Assembly (NCBI RefSeq): GCF_006345805.1
Contig: NC_042998.1
Span: 169,136,001 to 169,200,000 of the forward strand
Length of the DNA stretch: 64,000 nucleotides
Direction: 5' to 3'
Source of the DNA: Octopus sinensis
Taxonomy: Eukaryota
How positions within the stretch are numbered: position 1 is the stretch's first letter; each line of letters starts with the position of its first letter. Below the pieces are notes generated by a model, which worked only from the letters and a program-made list of their open reading frames with translations, did not search any database and was not told the DNA's origin. Both the position numbers and the translations under genes were made by a program. Shown in pieces: positions 13,480 through 26,149 of this stretch.

Positions 13480-13630
13480 TAACAGACCCCGAAACTTAGC
13501 GGTTCGGCAAAAGAGACCGATAGAATAAGTACTAGGCTTACAAAGAATAACTTCTGGGGTCGATTTGCTTGACTAAAGGCGCTGCTCCAGCATGGCCACA
13601 GTCAAATGACTGAAACAAATAAAAGAGTAT
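13480..13630 (+). mobile_element. SINE family B 3' tail
   Basis: aacttagcggttcggcaaaagagaccgatagaataagtactagg...gactgaaacaaataaaaga, as in the full copy at 58185-58590. Confidence 0.85.
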
Positions 13631-13699
13631 ATATATATATATTATATATATATATATATGATAAATATCAAAGTGAGTTATATACAGTAGCGGTAACAC

Positions 13700-13797
13700 A
13701 TCGTGACATATTTTTGCCATTTCAATATGGCTAAAAACTACAGTAGCATCCACCCTTAGGGGTTAGCCATATTGAAATGGCAAAAATACGTCACGAT
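13700..13797. repeat. 35-bp inverted repeat with 28-nt spacer
   Basis: atcgtgacatatttttgccatttcaatatggctaa (13700-13734) versus 13763-13797, one mismatch. Confidence 0.9.
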
Positions 13798-13814
13798 ATA
13801 TATATATATATATT

Positions 13815-14040
13815 ACGGAGATGTACTCGCATAGCAAGTAATTTGATCTGAGATCGTGTGCTGAAACGAAAACAATTGCAGCGTGGAAAGTGTTTATAAG
13901 CCATTTAAGAAACACACAAAAGCCGTTCGATTCACTTCAACATTTAAGTTTAATTTGTCAAAATATTTTCGTCGCTAAAATCCGCGACCTGTTCACTGAC
14001 AAAGTCCGTGCTGCATCTAAGAAAGTAACAGTTAGTTCGT
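13815..14040. repeat. Interspersed repeat resembling a Penelope-derived terminal segment
   Basis: ttttcgtcgctaaaatccgcgacctgttcactgacaaa style. The assignment is by resemblance only. Confidence 0.35.
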
Positions 14041-14251
14041 CATATATATGTACGTATGTATGTGTGTATGTATGCATACATGTGTGTATGTACGTATGCA
14101 TGTACGCACATACGCCTGTGTATGCATGTATGTATGTATGTATGTATGTATGTATGTATGTATGTATGTATATATGTATGTGTGTGTATATGCACGCACA
14201 TACACTCTATAAAACATAAAGCTATAAACATGTAGCGATGGATGGATGTAG

Positions 14252-14467
14252 AGTGACCACTCATCACAAAGCTATCAAATTTCAACTTCCTACGGCCGAA
14301 GCTAGAAAGTGATTTATGACGCTTACTCCCAAAACTATACCCTAAAATCTATAAATAAATCTGTTAATAGATTTTAGGGTATAGTTTTGGGAGTAAGCGT
14401 CATAAATCACTTTCTAGCTTCGGCCGTAGGAAGTTGAAATTTGATAGCTTTGTGATGAGTGGTCACT
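14252..14467. mobile_element. Perfect 101-bp foldback palindrome (MITE-like), flanked by TAG on both sides
   Basis: 14252-14352 is the exact reverse complement of 14367-14467, with a 14-nt spacer. TAG occurs at 14249-14251 and 14468-14470. Confidence 0.85.
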
Positions 14468-14600
14468 TAGCGATTCGGCAGGAGAGACCGATAGAGTAAG
14501 TACTAGGCTTACAAAGAATAAGTCCTGGGGTCGATTTGCTCGACTAAAAGCAGTGCTCCAGCATGGCCGCTGTCAAATGACTGAAACAAATAAGAAAAAA
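14465..14600 (+). mobile_element. SINE family B 3' tail
   Basis: acttagcgattcggcaggagagaccgatag...gactgaaacaaataagaaaaaa. Confidence 0.85.
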
Positions 14601-14639
14601 GAATATATATATATATATATATATATACCACAATATACA

Positions 14640-15020
14640 TTCACTAATGCCTGCCACAGTTCAGCCTTGCTCCTAAATTGGCGTTCTCTTTAACCCGTCG
14701 CTTTAGAATACTCCACAAGTTTTCTGTTGGGTTTAAGTCGGGGGAACAGGCAGGTCACTTTATCTTCCAAGGTCCACAGAAGCCTCATTGTTGCAGATAC
14801 TCTGTAGTTTTCCTCGCTGAGTGCGAGGGCACATTATCTTGCATGAATATTATGGTTGTCTTAAAGGTGATCCTTTGCTTTTTAAACCATGGTTCAAGGT
14901 ACTCCCTCAGAAAGTCATCAGTCATTTTAACACCGTCCCGAACTTTCCAAAGACCAACCATAATACTTGCCCAAATCATGATGCTTCCTTCCCCCACTCC
15001 CGTTGTCGTTTCAGGCGGTT
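14640..15020 (-). mobile_element. Tc1 (DD34E) transposase fragment
   Basis: Minus strand: GSIMIWASI...IIFMQDNVPSHSARKTTEYL...PACSPDLNPTENLWSILKR. Confidence 0.88.
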
Positions 15021-15030
15021 ATGCATATTA

Positions 15031-15140
15031 GAAAAACAAGTAGGCTTTCCTATCCGCGTGGCACTCGAACCCACATCCCTGTGTTAACAAAGGGGTGTGG
15101 GCTCGAATCCCACGCAGATAGGAAAGCCTACTTGTTTTTC
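15031..15140. repeat. About 49-bp inverted repeat whose arms contain a tRNA T-arm/B-box-like motif
   Basis: gaaaaacaagtaggctttcctatccgcgtggcactcgaacccacatccc versus the reverse complement ending at 15140. The right arm includes gtgggctcgaatcccac. Confidence 0.85.
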
Positions 15141-15510
15141 TGTCGAGGACTTATATGCCCCGTTATCAGACTATTTTTCCTTAGTCATTGCACGGTGATC
15201 GCTATAAGCTTTAGGCTTATATAAATACCATTATTATTATTTCCAGGATTGTAAAGCCCGGCACCCTATAACAAAACCACTCGCACCGAAAGCACATAGA
15301 AAATTTGCTTACAAAAACAACTACGAATTTGACGGAAACAGGGAAGCTAATATATCATAGTATTGTATACATGTTTGTTTTGATAGATAGGTTGATACAC
15401 ACAACACACACACACACACACACACACAAACTCTCACACATACACACACACACAAACACTTTATGAATTTGTGTTGTAAGATTCCTGTGTGAAACCGTGA
15501 GTTGAAACAC

Positions 15511-15916
15511 ATTGTTGTATTTTGGGATGGTCATATTTTTTTTGCCAAATAAACACACGCACTATATATTCGTTCTTCACTCGTTTATTGCTGTTCTTAT
15601 TTTATCACATGTCTAGTGTCCGGAAATCTTTCGTCACACATCTGTGACACTTTCCGTCCTCGTGTGTGCTCCTGTTCCGCTTAGTCTATTCTGTTCTTCT
15701 TTATCTTCTATATAGAATAGAATGTACTAAGCGGAGCAGGAGCACACATGAGGATGGAAAGTGTTGCTCAAGAAGTCACAGATGTGTGCCGAAAGATTTC
15801 CGGACAATAGACATTTGATAAAATAAAGACAGTAATAAACGAGTGAAGAACGAATATATAGTGCGTGTGTTTATTTGGTAAAAAAAAAAGAAATGACCAT
15901 GCCGAAATACAAGAAT
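15511..15916. mobile_element. About 400-bp foldback element with about 180-200-bp arms, related to 30436-30690
   Basis: Arms at about 15511-15692 and 15714-15916. It shares upstream gtgaaaccgtgagttgaaacac and aatatatagtgcgtgtgttt with the 30.4-30.7 kb element. Confidence 0.85.
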
Positions 15917-16259
15917 GTGTGTGCGTATGTGTGTGTGCGTGTGTGTGTGCATTTGTGTGTGTGCGCGCGCCTGTGTGTGTTTAAAGTGGTGTACAGATAT
16001 TGTATACTAAGAAGGAGGCAGTCAGAATTTTGGATAATTCTTTATTAGCGCTTTCATTCGTTCAATCGAAGTCTTCAAGATAATGTATAGAAAATTTCTT
16101 TCACCTTTTATATAAACCGAAAAGAGGATGTTGTTTTGTTATAGTAGAAGAGGAAAAAATTTGTTCTTCTTCTTAATGTATATATTCATGCATACATCAA
16201 TGTAACTACACATGTGCTGTTGGTGATTTTTTTCCTTCTCTGAACTTTTGTTTTCCTAT

Positions 16260-16286
16260 CCGACGAAGAGCTATGCTCGAAACATC
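16260..16286 (+). ncRNA. Minimal hammerhead-like motif (family HH-E), degenerate
   Basis: CCGACGA a gagc-tat-gctc GAAAC a TC; no convincing stem I. Confidence 0.35.
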
Positions 16287-16599
16287 AAAAACTCTTTCTT
16301 TTCACTGAGCGTCAAATTGATACATTCCATGTGCACGTCCTTTTATCGTTTGTTATTGTTAATTTTAATGTTTTCATGTTGGCATTGCACGATTCGACAG
16401 AATCTAACGGATCAGTGGTTGCCGTCTTGCTCCAGTACCTCAGTTCTAGGCATTGCTTCTGCAACCAGATGTCGTTCGTAGTGCCAATCACATGGGTGTA
16501 CTGAGGAACTTTGTTATGGAACCAGCACTAGTGAAGTCGCCAAAGTAAAGAGTACTTGCAAGAGTAAAGAGTTTCCACCTCAAAGAGGAACAGAAGAAT

Positions 16600-17340
16600 G
16601 AGTCCTGACTAGGCGAGGTGTTGAGAAGTGACGGAATTGGTTTGTGTTGCCGATGGAGAAGCTAGTAGACAATGTTAGGGAAGGGAGTAATAGAAAGGAA
16701 AGAATAGGAGTAGTGTCAGGGATGGCTGAGAGTGAATCAGTGATTGACAAGGAGTAAAGTGATGTAGGTTGATTAGGAAGAGATTTAGAGCTAACTTATG
16801 CTAAATATAGGTGTGTGAGGTGGATAGAGCGGCGCTAAGAAGAGAGATAGAGATGTTGGTACGAGGCGCCAAAGCGCTCTCAAGGAAATACATCCAATTA
16901 AGTGAATAGGACTGAGCATACTGGCTGATGGAGCATGAAGGGCGGGTAACGGTTGCAAGAGTGCGGTAAATAAGTAAGTGATAGAAATATAGGTCACGGT
17001 AGTCATATGTAGGTAAGGATGAAGTAGTCAATGATAATCAAGAGAGCACAGATAAGAAAGAAGGAGGAAAAGACAGTAGCAAGTGGCTGAGTGAAAGGAA
17101 GTGATAACTGGCAAACCAAAAAGGGTGATGATACACATAGTAATGGGTTCTGTTTTCATTAATTACAGAAAAAGAATACAGTAGACAGAAGAGTGATCGA
17201 GACATGAATGGTAAGGGTAAAGGAGTAATAACAGGTGTAGACTTCACAGGATCATACTTGGCTACAGACCCAAATATTTGCATACACTTTATGCCTCCAG
17301 CTACTTCATCAACCATCGTCTTTACCTAAGATGTGCTATG
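16600..17340 (-). mobile_element. Decayed LINE fragment (probably endonuclease-region, Jockey/CR1-group)
   Basis: Purine-rich + strand and C/T-rich minus strand typical of this LINE group. The minus translation has LYFYHLLIYRT, resembling the APE F..LYRSP motif. Weak. Confidence 0.35.
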
Positions 17341-18124
17341 CTTGCAGAGGCAAACATGTCTTCTAGTGCAATACGTGTCATTAGACATTTCGGTCCTTTT
17401 CCTTCTTTTCCGAAACCTGTACAGAATTAACTACAGCATGTATAAACATATTGCACGTCAATGATCTTAAATTAAGATCAGTTGTAGCAGGCCCGGTTTG
17501 TGAAACACTCAGACGTAGTAACTTTGTAAAGATACTGCTGAAATCCATTGTGAAATATACTAAGGTTTATAAAAGGTGACTTAAAACACTTCCCGAGAAA
17601 TGTTAACAAAAGCACAAGGCTTGTATCATTTGATGTATTTAACATCTACATTAGTATCTCTGGCAACTATGTACGAGAAACAACATAATTCTGGCTTGTA
17701 CCAGAAACAACATAATTCCCAAAGGAAATTCCACACCGAATAGAAAAAGATTAATTACTGAAGGAATAAAATTCGTCATTAAATTCACACAAAATAGTTT
17801 TTCAGATTCAATGTCAGCATTTACAAACAAATGTCTTGGACAGCAGTGGGAAAGAAATTTACCCCTAACTTATGCCAAATTTCTTAAAACTAAGAAATCA
17901 TGTACACGATTTCAACTATTTTTCCACTGAAGTATTCACAAAAGAATGAAGTATAATAGGTTGAACACTATCTCCGCTACCTTAAACTTTAATACTGATG
18001 GGATTCAGTGAACCCGGGGTTCTGCTCGCTATCTTTCCTCTCTGGGTACTTAGCAAAGGAGCAAAGGAATAATATCAAGATATGTATATATGGAAATAAA
18101 AATAATGTTTCAGCGTTCTGTAAG

Positions 18125-18570
18125 TTCATCTTCTTCGCCCATTTATTCCTGGGAGGATCGTGGGAGTAGAGTCCTCAAGCATTCCTTCCGTCGAGTCCTG
18201 TCAAAAGCAACCATCTCCAATTGATGTGGGTGCATCCCCAAGCGCGACCAACCGAGCTCATGGATGTTATCCAACTATCTTGCACGTGGTCTACTCCTGG
18301 ATCTTCCGCCATTTTGTTTTCCCCGTAAAATCTGTCCAACGATTTATTCCCGAGACATTCTTACCACCTATCCGTTGTGCCAGAATTGTGATCTTTCAAT
18401 TCGGAGAAGTAATGTCTCTATCTGGAGTGCCTCAATGATCTCTGAGTTACGCACTCTATCGAGTAACGTTACTGATAAGGCCCTTCGGAGTAACCCTATT
18501 TCAGTCGCTAGTATTCGCGATCATATTCTTTTGGTCATTACACAAAATCCATGACCGTAGGTAAGAGTAT
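18125..18570 (-). mobile_element. RTE-clade LINE 3' end (RT C-terminus)
   Basis: Minus strand: TLTYGHGFCVMTKRI*SRILATEIGLLRRALSVTLLDRVRNSEIIEALQIETLLLRIERSQ...GGRSRSRPRAR*LDNIHELGWSRLG...LLPRSS. Confidence 0.9.
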
Positions 18571-19249
18571 ACTGAAACATTGTATAGTGAATTGGCTTTT
18601 ACACCTACCTCGCTTCAGCAAACAAGTACAAGAGTTGCACCAGCTTCTGGAAATAAGTGCAAGAATTGTAGAAACTGATACAGTTAATACACAGCAAATA
18701 GTATCAGTAGAACACAGAAGCAGTGCATAAAATGCTTAAACCACAAATAGTGGCCTTCTGCTGAGAACAGCAGAATAATTTTTGCCGTTAGCGAATATTA
18801 GTTTCAAATTAACGTCAATTAAGAGATAATTGTTTCACTTGAACTTGATAGCCTCGTAGATCATTTGTAATCCTGTGTCACCTAAAATTATGAGATCAAT
18901 CATAACAACTAAAGACGAAGTGTATTGTGAATTAGAAGGATAGCGCTATCAGTGCAAAATTAATTCTGTCAATAACAAGTAATACTAATGGATAACAATA
19001 TAAATTATTACCCGTTGCTTTTACTATATTTACATAATTAAACATATGGTCATGACATATATTATGCTGTATTACTGAACTATCAAATAAACTTTCTTCA
19101 AGCCATTACATTATGTATACTTTATTACATAATTTCTGAAAACATTATTTGTTAAAACATTTCTCTGTATATTCTTGCATATAAATCAACTGATACGTTG
19201 CATTGTTAATAAAAAAATTGTCTCTGTATCTTCACAAATAAATGTATTT

Positions 19250-19680
19250 GCGAATATATTTGTGAATTTGTTTGTAAGTATATGTAGAGAGTGTTTTAGT
19301 GAATTTATTTGCAAGCATTTGTAGAAAATATATTTGTGCATTTATTTGTAAATATATGTTGTGAATTCATTTGCAAACATTTGTTGAGAATGTATTTGTG
19401 TATTTATTTGTAAATATATGTTGTGAATTCATTTGCAAACATTTGTTGAGAATGTATTTATATATTTATTTTTAAATATATGTTGTGAATGTTTTTGTGA
19501 ATTTATTTGTAAGCATTTATTGAGAATGTATCTGCTCATTTATTTGTAAATACATGTTGCGAATATTTTTTGGAATTTATTTATAACCATATGTTGCGAA
19601 TGTACTTGTGAATTTATTTGGAAGTATATGTTGAGAATTTAACATTACTTGTATGAGAATGTTGTGCGTTTATTTGTTCT
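19250..19680. repeat. Degenerate AT-rich minisatellite, period about 62 bp
   Basis: The unit tttatttgtaaatatatgttgtgaattcatttgcaaacatttgttgagaatgtatttgtgta starts at 19341, 19403 and 19465, then decays. Confidence 0.85.
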
Positions 19681-20720
19681 CACTGTGAGTATATTAGTAA
19701 GAAGATTGAGAGTTTATTAGCAGAGCTTTGAGTGTATTTTTAAGATATTTATGCCTGTATTTTTCCGTACATTTTCCATGTATTTGTGAATACATTTGTA
19801 TATGTATTTCGTGGGTATATTTGCACTTAAGTAAAATGTTGCTTCGACATTTAATTTTCTTTTTTTCCTTTTATCTCTTTACATTTATCGTGACGTTGAA
19901 ACTCACTTCTTTAAGGTTGGTAACTGCTTCCAGCGTGTCAATGTGGAATGAAACAGGTTGACAGAGATCGGAAGAAACACGACAGGATTAATAATATGAT
20001 ACTCCTATATGCATGTGCGCTAGAATATCCAGGCTAGAAAAACATAATACACGCATATACATCATTACACACACTCACACTCACACACACATATTTACAC
20101 ACAAGCACACGCATATACACACACAAACACACACGCATAAATATATACATATGAATAAATTCACACATGCATATATACAGTTACACAAATTTTTCATGTC
20201 GAAAACAAATATGCGTATATTTATTTACGTGAATTTACATTTTTTAGAGTATATACGTGTGTGCATAGGCGCGTGTGTAAACGTGCCTCTGTGTGCGTGC
20301 ACGTGTGCGCACGCGTGCATGTAAGTGTACGTAGCTACGATGGAGAGGCGGAATTATCATTTCCTTCTTCTTAAATCTTTTATCAAACACCCTAGAGAAA
20401 GCAGAAATAAATTTCTCAATACTATGTATTTGAAGATGTTGATTTGGGAATTTTTATACTGTTTATATTATATGCAATATTTCGAGCGATATCTTCTTTC
20501 GAGGTGTCGGCGCAAATGGGTGGAGCCCAACGTGAAAATCTATGTAGTGAATTTATGTTTGTTTAAGTAGATATAAGCAAATTAAAGCACAATATTTAAA
20601 TATCAATATTTTCACATTATCATTGGTTATAAGAAATTGTATATTGTATCTGTTTGCGGACATTTTCTATAAATCTTTAAAAAAAACACATTTACCGATA
20701 CGTGTCGTCGTTGATGTATA

Positions 20721-20776
<56 letters not shown>

Positions 20777-21289
20777 GCGTGTGTGTGTGTGAATCTGCAG
20801 ATTTGTATTTATCTATAAACAAATTAAGTAGGTTTATGTTTTCATTTAACCCTCAATATTGCTCCATCACATATCGACAAAAACATTCACGCATCGTATA
20901 GACATAGCACAACGACGTGTTCCTTTCGAGAATTAATATATATGTACATGTGCGTGTACGTGTACATGTATTTGTCAGTGTATTCGTGTGTGTGTGTACA
21001 GGTGATATATGAGTGTAAGAGACATACACATAAATATATACAGAATAAGCACATATATACACACACACATACATACACACAAACAGGTACGAATAGATAC
21101 ACATGAATGTGTGTGTATGCTTGCATAGTTTGATTAAACTTAATTCCTTTCTCGTGACTCAACCTTCATACCACAGTAATGAAAGTTTGAACAGTGCCAT
21201 AGGAAGAGTGTATGCAGTACATGACATTCAACATGAATTCTTTTTCGTAAGACTTCTCCTCCATAAAGTGCGTGATTCAAGTTAATACT

Positions 21290-23060
21290 TTACACTAGGG
21301 TTGGTGGAGAATGATTCCCAGTGGGATGCGAGATAGTCAGAAGCATCTGTATCTCAAAGAGCCAAGAGTCTGTGAACCACCCAGTCTGCCTTGGCTCAAC
21401 TATCTTCGTGATGAGCTTGCCAAACACTTCGAGCATCAAACGCAACAGATTATTCGTCATGAAAATAGAATATAGATAAAATCTACGACGTAACCCTCAT
21501 CGACAATGTCAATGATATAAATAGCCAATAAGTTGGAAAATATGATTTGCCTCAACCTAACTACATTGAAAACGGTAATCTAGCTACGGGAGGCGGTGAG
21601 ATGGCAGAAACGTTAGCACGCCGGGCGAAATGCGTAGCCGTATTTCGTCTGCCGTTACGTTCTGAGTTCAAATTCCGCCGAGGTCGACTTTGCCTTTCAT
21701 TCTTTCGGGGTCGATAAATTAAGTACCAGTTACGCACTGGGGTTGATATAATCGACTTAATCCGTTTGTCTGTCCTTCTTTGTTCCCTCTGTGTGTAGCC
21801 CCTTGTGGGCACTAAAGAAATAGGTAATCTAGCATCAGAATCATTACATCATACTGATACTCACTAAAGACACTAGACGGCAGTTTATTCGACTATTTTT
21901 AACCGGGATCAGCAGCAAGAGGCTGGAATTTGCGTCCTTGATACTCCGAGTGGAACTAGAAAGACATTCCTAATCAGTTACTGCTTGCCAAAGTCCGTCA
22001 ACATAAATGGGTAAATGGGCAGCTAATGTTTCTTCTTCAGGTATTCCCACTGCATTCCTTCCAGTGAGTGCAAACTGCATAGCACATTCTACTCGCAAAT
22101 TCCTTTTGAACTTGAGCACAAACGACGTACCATTTTGCAACATTGTCAAGAATTCGGGAACCAGACAAGGTTTTGAAAAATCCAAAATGACTGTCCGAGT
22201 AGAATACATAATGGATCACAAGGTAACTCTGAAGGCGCTGAACAGGACAGTTAAGAACTTATGTGACAATGTATCTTGAACGGAAGGAGTGGCAATCTTA
22301 TTGTCAACTGCCTTCAGTCAGTTTCAGCTAATGACCTCTGAAGGAACAAAATCCGATGAATTCCGTCCTTACCTTAAATCATCATCGCTTTGTACTGAAG
22401 TTAAAATCTTAAAACTTTTCAACATTTTCAAGTTCTCAGAAATCAACTATCTGGCCATTTTGCCAAACACTTGATACGAAGGAATATTTCCTTTTGGAAG
22501 TACTGGCAAGATAGCAGGCAAGTGAATATCGAAGGTGTTTCTCAACCTGCAACATCATCAACTACTCCAAAAGTGACAGATATTGCGGGTATTTTTAGGA
22601 AATGGTAATAGCTAAAGATGCCTTTTGGATCACGAAGAAATAGTTCACTATCCTGTAGAATTTTGAAGTTTATTGGGACCTTCAGATTTACCGCCCCACA
22701 GGCGTCAACTAAAACAATATTCCCAATAATGACGCAGTAAAATTTTATCAGTTGCAGCTATGCAGTGGCCCCAGACAAATTGTTAAGAAGCTAATGGCAC
22801 ATGTCACCAAGACTATTAATTTCAATGAATGCACCAAAGAAGAAGATGCAATTAAACCTACAATTCTATTCACCACAACAGATGTGTCCGTTTGATTTAG
22901 GAGACTTCACCTAACCTTTACCATCTCAATCAATAAATCCCAAAGGCAAACATTGGCATTTCGAGACTGCATCTTGAGAAATACTACTTTGTTAATAGTT
23001 AGTTTTACGTAGGAAGCTCAAGTGTTAGAAGCTCCCACAGTTTCTTTATTTAGGCATTTT
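21290..23060 (+). mobile_element. Helitron RepHel remnant (PIF1-like helicase), interrupted by a SINE
   Basis: + strand: GLVENDSQWD...EAS; YDLPQP; VLDTPSGTRKTFLI (Walker A, DAPGGTGKT-like); SSSGI; ALNRTVKNL; LKSSSL; LTFTISINKSQRQTL; LHLEKYYFVNS*FYVGSSSV (FSHGQLYVA.SRV-like). Confidence 0.9.
21585..21822 (+). mobile_element. Young full-length SINE family A with 11-bp TSD
   Basis: tRNA-like head (tggcagaaacgttagc A box, gagttcaaattcc B box), central domain and tail. TSD ggtaatctagc is at 21574-21584 and 21823-21833. Confidence 0.95.
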
Positions 23061-23794
23061 TGCTACAACCAAAAGCATTAGGATTCCTCAAATACTGACT
23101 TCACAATGTTCGTAGTTCCCGAGGCTATAATGGGTACATATCTAATAAGTAAGCTGAAGCCCATTGCAAATCTTAATATAATTCGTTAATTAATGTATTG
23201 CAGTTCCAATATTTAAATGTGTGGGTTTTCTCCGAATACTCCGTTTCCACACGTTTCTATCATTTTTCATATTCATTTAAGAATTAAAGAATTCTATGAA
23301 TAATGGTAACTTATTTTTGAAAATAGTTTGAAATGAAATAAAACTGTTCACGCATTTCTTAATCCCGAGTTATCTAGCATTCTTGAGTTATGTCATTTAC
23401 ACGCTTGAATTACAATTTTTACTGCTAATAATCGGTTCTGATATTTTTATGTTTAAGTAAAGATTCTATAATTGGATTACATTAACCATGCCTGGGGTAA
23501 TTATTATATCTTTACATATCAGAATTGAATCTAAAATTAACTCTTGATATGTGAAGAGGAAATAATTATGTCAGGCCCCACATATTTTCACCGAATTACA
23601 TCTAGGGGTGCTATAAGAAAATAATCTCAGAATAAACCTTCTGGTCCTGATTTTTCTGTTATTCTATAATTTTATTATTGTGGATACCACAGGAAGTTCG
23701 AATAAATAACAGCTTTCTCTTCTAACATGTAAAGAAACACGTGGACGTGAATTCTAAATACTTTCTATACATTATGTACTTTATCTTGTACAAT

Positions 23795-24122
<328 letters not shown>

Positions 24123-24175
24123 ATACTGCTCTGGAACTTAGCTTGTGTTTCTTTTTTCGGATTTGTTAACGAACA

Positions 24176-24225
<50 letters not shown>

Positions 24226-24242
24226 TATATATGCACATATAT

Positions 24243-24292
<50 letters not shown>

Positions 24293-24375
24293 GTGTGCGT
24301 GTGTGTGTGTGTGTGTGTGTATGTTGCGCGCTTGTGTGTGTGTCTGTGTATGTGTGTGCGAGTGTGTGTGTGTGT

Positions 24376-24429
<54 letters not shown>

Positions 24430-24573
24430 GATGCCATAAGCATTTATAAACTTTCGGAGAACGTGAAATGATAAATTCTTTTTCTCTCGAAACGCTGAAA
24501 CTCGAAGCAGATAAAGCTATAGATAATAACGCGTAAATATTAGGTTTAAAATCCTTCGCATAAGAAATCAAAG

Positions 24574-24645
24574 GCTGCCTGTGGGGCTCGAACCCACATC
24601 TTCGGATTTCATTGTTCCAAAACCATTATTCCCCGTTCCCTCAGC
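24574..24645 (-). pseudogene. Degenerate tRNA-like sequence (72 nt)
   Basis: The minus strand has a canonical T-arm gtggg-ttcgagc-cccac, partial acceptor pairing gctg/cagc and a ttgga/tccga stem. The D arm and anticodon loop are non-canonical. Confidence 0.4.
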
Positions 24646-25485
24646 AACACACAATTCTCGCTAGCAAGAATAAAGTTTCGAAAATGGATAAAGGAATTCG
24701 AATGATTGATCTGTTCCAACGGTAGAACGTCTGTAATGTTTACAGAAAATAAAAGTTCGGATCCTGAGGGCAGCCTTCGAGATTTTCAATTCAAAGATAT
24801 GTTAACCCTATTACTACACGCTTTTATTTATAGAGTTATCTACTTTGAGCTTCGCTGTTCCCAAAAAATATTATGCACATGTGTGTGTGTGTGTGTGTGT
24901 GTCTGTGTGCGTACGTGCGTGGGATTGTGCGTGTGTATGCAGCCATGCATGTACGTAATATATGTATGTTGAACACAAATTCCGACCGATCTAAACCGAG
25001 ACATAATGCGACAAAGTACCCAATAAATACTCGACAATAAGTCTTGATATTTATAGCAACTACATTAGTCATGATGACAGTGAATAGGGCTACACAGCTC
25101 GGAAAAATCACATCCAACAAACACAGATGAATACGCCCATATAACTATATAAATATATAGTTATAGATATATTACATATGTCGTATTCTATCTAGGAATA
25201 TGTATATATGTCTGTGTGATTTTATTTCTTTGTTCATTTCATTTTATCAACTTTCCTTTGCCTGAATGTTTTATATTTAGTAATTTTTCCGTTGTACTAT
25301 TATATATTTGGTCACGAACATTATCCATACAATGTACTGTTCATGTACAATAGTATTTGAGGCGCTATATGCAGTGTTTTATTGCATGCAAATTCTAGAT
25401 GTTACACTCATCACCTGAACTTATATCCGTATGTCGAACAGTTTATTATTATACTGTTTGTTAAATCGTTTTGATGTTCTTGCTG

Positions 25486-25555
<70 letters not shown>

Positions 25556-25838
25556 TTGCATTTATGTGCACGTGCGTGTTTCTGTGCTATATAAGTGCAT
25601 GTGGGTGTATATATGCATGTATATATATTGACAGAAACTGATAATAGAAATATCCTTAGCTCGGGATAAAACCATCAATCAATTTCTTTCCTTTCATATA
25701 TGTATGTGTGCGTGTGCATGTATGCGTAGGAATGAATATGTATATATATATATAAATACATACTTCACACACACACACATATATATACATATACATATAT
25801 ACATATATATATAGATATAGATATATATATAGATATAG

Positions 25839-25904
<66 letters not shown>

Positions 25905-26149
25905 TGTGTATGTGTGTGTGTGTGGATCTACTTTTACTATGGATGTTTGATTACACAATTTCCGTTGTAAATCTTTTAGACAACGTTCTAATATGTATTG
26001 CTATTTATAATACTGAACTAAAATATTTTATGTATTATGGGTGTGGATATTCTTCTGGTCATGTCACAAGAATGATAAACTCCGTGCGAAAATATTTACA
26101 ATCAGAATCTCTTACATAGCTCCTCAGGGCAGAATGCTCAACCCAAACT

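Noticed and set aside
19250-19680. Regularly spaced repeats as a possible CRISPR array
   Set aside because: Eukaryotic context, no unique spacers and no cas genes; it is a tandem minisatellite.
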